In this document: in pieces, positions 60,123-64,000 of the stretch | Position numbering within the stretch: the first letter of the stretch is position 1 | Layout of the letters: each line of letters opens with the position of its first letter | From: Basidiobolus meristosporus CBS 931.73 | Lineage: Eukaryota; Fungi; Basidiobolomycota | Assembly (NCBI GenBank): GCA_002104905.1 | Contig: MCFE01000304.1 | Span: 35,106-99,105, forward strand | DNA length: 64,000 bases | Direction of reading: 5' to 3' | Notes under the pieces: model-generated | Seen by the model: only the letters and a program-made list of their open reading frames with translations | Told to the model about the DNA's origin: nothing | Databases searched by the model: none | Translations under genes and position numbers: made by a program

Positions 60123-63100
60123 TGTTGTAAGAGTCTTGGAGATATTGGAAGTGATTGGGAGGACAAGTAGATTATGTGGTTTCACTTAATGATTTATTGA
60201 ATGTAAAAGTAGTATTTATACTTTTACCTGGTCTTGGCATTTCAAACACATCAGATTGGCTTAGACAGGTCCCAAGAACATGTGTGCAAAGTTTGGGGCT
60301 GTTTGGACAACTTTGAGAATTTTCATGTTCTGGGTACCTGGTATTTTGGTGAAAATATTCTAAGTAAATCCCGACAAGGAATTTGGTCAGTATTCTCTAG
60401 GATTTGAAGGTAATGATCTAAGTGACTAAGTTAGGTGAATATTTAGGTGGAAATACAAATCTTTACAACACTCCCACTCAGCTAAATGTTCATACTGACT
60501 AGCCCTAATTTTGACCTAAGATATTCAAACTTGTCTCTAGCTAATGGTTTGGTAAATATGTCTGCAATCATTTCATCTGTGGGACAGTAAACTAAGCTAA
60601 CTAAGTTATTCTCTATAGCTTCACATATGAAATGATGTCTAATATCTATGTGCTTGGTTCTAGCGTGAAAAGTTGGATTTCTACCTAATTGTATACATCC
60701 TTGATTATCTTGAAATAAAGTAATAGGCGTTTTTTGACATAGGCCTAAATCTGTAAACAGCTTTCTTAACCACACTGCTTCTTTTGTAGCTTCACAGGCT
60801 GCCATATACTCTGCCTCTGTGATGGAAAGTGCTACGGATGGTTGCTTTCTTGAATTCCATGAAATTGCTCCTCTACAGTAAAGAAAGGTGTATCCTGTGG
60901 TGGGATCTTCTGTCTTCTAAATTTTGTCCCCAATCTGCATCAGAGTATCCCACAAGATCTTGTTCTGAGTCCTTATAAGTGTATCTTAAACAAATATCAG
61001 CAGTTCCTTTTGGGTATCTAAAAATCCGCTTAACTGCTGCAATATGATCAGATCCATAGTTGTGATTATGTTGGCTGACAACTCCCACTGAATATGAGAT
61101 ATCTGGACGTGTTCCAAGCATGATATACATCAGACTGCCGACCATAAATTGATAAGAAAAGTCAGGGCTTTCAGATGGCACCAAGCTCTCTTGATTTGGT
61201 GGAGTTTTGACCAAGTTAAGGTTTGTCTCCATTGGGGTAGCTGCCGGTTCACAGTCTTCCATTTTGTACTTCTTTAGTATATCTTGAATATACTTGGATT
61301 GACTTAGGGTGATAGTCTGGGTACTTCTGTCTATGGAGAACTTAATCCCTAAGTAGTAACTAAGTTCTCCTAGATTGGACATCTTGAACTTCTTAGATAG
61401 GCTGGATTTAGTCTCTTCCAATGTTTCTAGGTTTTTGGCAGCTATAATAAGATCATCCACATATAGAGCCAATAGAACTGGGTTTGCTCTATCTGGTTTA
61501 TAGTATATACTATAGTTAGCATTACATCTTTTGAAACTCAAAGATACCAAATAAGAATCTATCTTGCAATTCCAGGCTCTTGGTGATTGTTTGAGACCAT
61601 ATAGTGACTTTTTAAGCTTGCAGACCAGATGGGGGTTATCTTGGTCAACAAACCCATCAGGCTGGTCCACATACACGTCCTTATCAAGTTCTCCATTCAA
61701 AAATGCAGTTTTTACATCCATTTGATGAATAAAAAACTTATATTTAGCTGCAATAGCCAATATTAATCTAATGGAATTAAACTTGGCTACCGGTGCAAAG
61801 GTCTCAGTATAGTCCAGTCCTTTTGTTTGAGAGTATCCTTTGGCTACAAGTCTTGCTTTGTATCTTTCAATTGTACCATCAGCCTTGTATTTTGCCTTGA
61901 AGACCCATCTGCATCCAATTGATTTTTGGTTGATTGGTAATTTGACTAAGTCCCAAGTTTGATTTTCCATCAGTGCCTGATATTCCTCAGTCATTGCAGA
62001 TCTCCAAAACTTTGTCTGAGGGCTATTTAGGGCCTCTTTTACAGTCTGGGGTTCATCAATATGGACTGAATAGGCATAGGCTAAGTTTGTACCCTCATTG
62101 ATATAGTAATTTAGGCTATTTCTTGTCCAATTTGATCTCCGGGCATTTGATACTGGAATGATCACTTCTGGGATATTCCTGGGCACTGATTCTGGCTGAA
62201 CCACTGTTGTAGATTCCTCTGGAGTGAAAAAATTTTCATTGTTTTGCTCTGATTCAATCCTGACAATTGGTGGACTTGAGATCAAATTTTTGTCATCATC
62301 TGATGTCATTTTTTGTGAAAATTTTGAATTTTCATCAAACAACACATCCCTGGACTTGATAAGCTTTGTTGCTTTGGTATTGTAGAGTCTGTATGCCTTA
62401 CTCTCATTGCAGTAGCCCAAAAATATGCATTTTACACTTTTTGGCTCAAATTTTGACTGATTTCCGGCCAGTTTTTTGTCATATGCTGTACACCCAAATA
62501 TTCTTAGATGTTCTGCACTTGGTCTGTATCCATACCATGCTTCAAATGGAGTAGAATCATGAAGTATTTTGTTATAACTCCTATTTTTAAGATATACAGC
62601 AGTGGCAACTGATTCCGCTCAAAAATCATAGGATAATTTTTGATCATGGATCATAGATCTTGCCATATCAATTATTGATCTGTTAGCTTGTTCTGCTACT
62701 CCATTTTGCTGTGGGGAGTATGGTACAGTAGTCTCTTGCTTTATCCCATGAATTTTGCAGAAGTGGATGAAGAGTTTTGAGGTTTATTCTCCACCATTGT
62801 CAGAGCATATTTTCTTGATTTTTTCACCAGTTTCTCTCTCCACCATGGCTTTAAACTCCCTGAACTTAGACAGAGCTTCTTCCTTTCTCTCCATGAAGTA
62901 GACCCATGTGTATCTTGTATAATCATCAATAAAAGTGATTAAATACTTCATCTTGCCTAAGGATAAATTTTGCATAGGTCCACACAGATCTGAGTGAATT
63001 AGATCCAATTTTTTCTTAGTTTTGATTAACCCAGAGCTCTTGAATGGTTGTCTGGCTTGTTTCACATATATGCAGGCTTCACAGTGCTCCAAATTAGCTG

Positions 63101-64000
63101 GGGGATCATTTTTCACTCCAGAAATTAGCTGATCTTTGATCATTTTACGCAAATAATCAAAATTGATGTGTCCAAATCTCCTGTGCAAAAGCATTGGTGT
63201 TTCTTCATTTAAGTTACTTATATTGGCCTCCAAATATGGTGGAATGTAAGTCAACTTGTATAGATTCTGATCTCTGATGCCCAAAGCAATATGGGCACCA
63301 TTTTGATCAGTGATCCTGCATTTGGAATTGTCAAAACTGAAACTGAGTCCTTCTGCTGTAGCCTTGCTTACAGATAACTGCTTCTTGGCTATCTCTGGTA
63401 CATAGAGTACTTCTTTAAAGGTCAGTGTATGGCTTTCTTCACTGCTTCTTAGGTTTACTTGGATAGTTCCTTCTCCCACTGCATCAAGTGTTCTATTGTC
63501 ACCCATGAAAACCTTCTTGATTGGAATTTCTTGATATTTGGTAAAAAGTTCTTTTGGTGTCTAAAGTGTTGAGAAGCTCCAGAGTCAATATATCACATCT
63601 GAGAATCCTTGTTTGTGGTCATATTTAGTGCAGATATGAATAGTCTATCTTCAGTTGTTGCAGCATTTCCATATTCAGGCTTCTTTTGCTGATTATCTTT
63701 CTTTTTGAGACACCGGTCTGATGTGTGTCCTTTCCATATGCAGTAGTTACAAAACAGGTTGCTGTTGCCTTTGTAGGGTCCTGGGTACCTCCTTTGTTGG
63801 TTATCATTACTTATTAAAGCATTTTCTTCTTCCTTCTTATTGGTGCTTGTTTTTCTTAATTCTTCATCCAGGAGCCTTCCATATATGTAATTTAAGGTCA
63901 AATCTTCAATTCTGGACTCTAGGGCTGATACAAGGCCCTGAAACTCATCTGTCAGGCTATTCAGGATGGTAACTATCCCATCCTCATCAGTAGTTGGTAC
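60123..64000 (-). mobile_element. Copia element K (family A) with few lesions; runs off the window end in gag
   Basis: 3' LTR at 60123-60470, PPT, and ORF pieces 60482-60805, 60873-62420, 62784-63506 and 63593-63901 covering RH, RT, IN, PR and gag. Confidence 0.95.

Noticed and set aside
958-63972. Numerous 60-140-aa ORFs antisense to or overlapping pol genes (e.g. 958-1161, 30353-30556, 32573-32893, 50811-51155, 53158-53571)
   Set aside because: They are shadow frames of TE coding sequence or LTRs; their recurrence just reflects repeated copies.

Overview
Eukaryotic, AT-rich, CpG-depleted repeat nest with no recognisable host gene, rRNA, tRNA or CRISPR array. Almost the whole window is nested transposable elements. 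(1) A Ty1/copia family with ~349-bp LTRs, 5-bp TSDs and a Ty5/copia-type half-tRNA-iMet PBS, present in at least 6 pieces and repeatedly inserted into itself, plus one copy of a second copia family. (2) A Ty3/gypsy family with ~368-bp LTRs and 4-bp TSDs. It includes one intact, very young copy (29230-34168; single 1377-aa gag-pol ORF; LTRs differ at 1 of 368 sites), a degraded full-length copy, a tandem dimer and several solo LTRs. (3) A two-gene PIF/Harbinger-superfamily (PHIS) DNA transposon with AGACTTGTTCCATTG TIRs and ATT TSDs: one full-length copy, three fragments and a fold-back MITE. (4) CACTA/EnSpm-like transposase relics. (5) Solo LTRs of two further families, also with 4-bp TSDs. 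The host taxon cannot be determined from this sequence. All boundaries, TSDs and identities were read by eye and should be confirmed by alignment.
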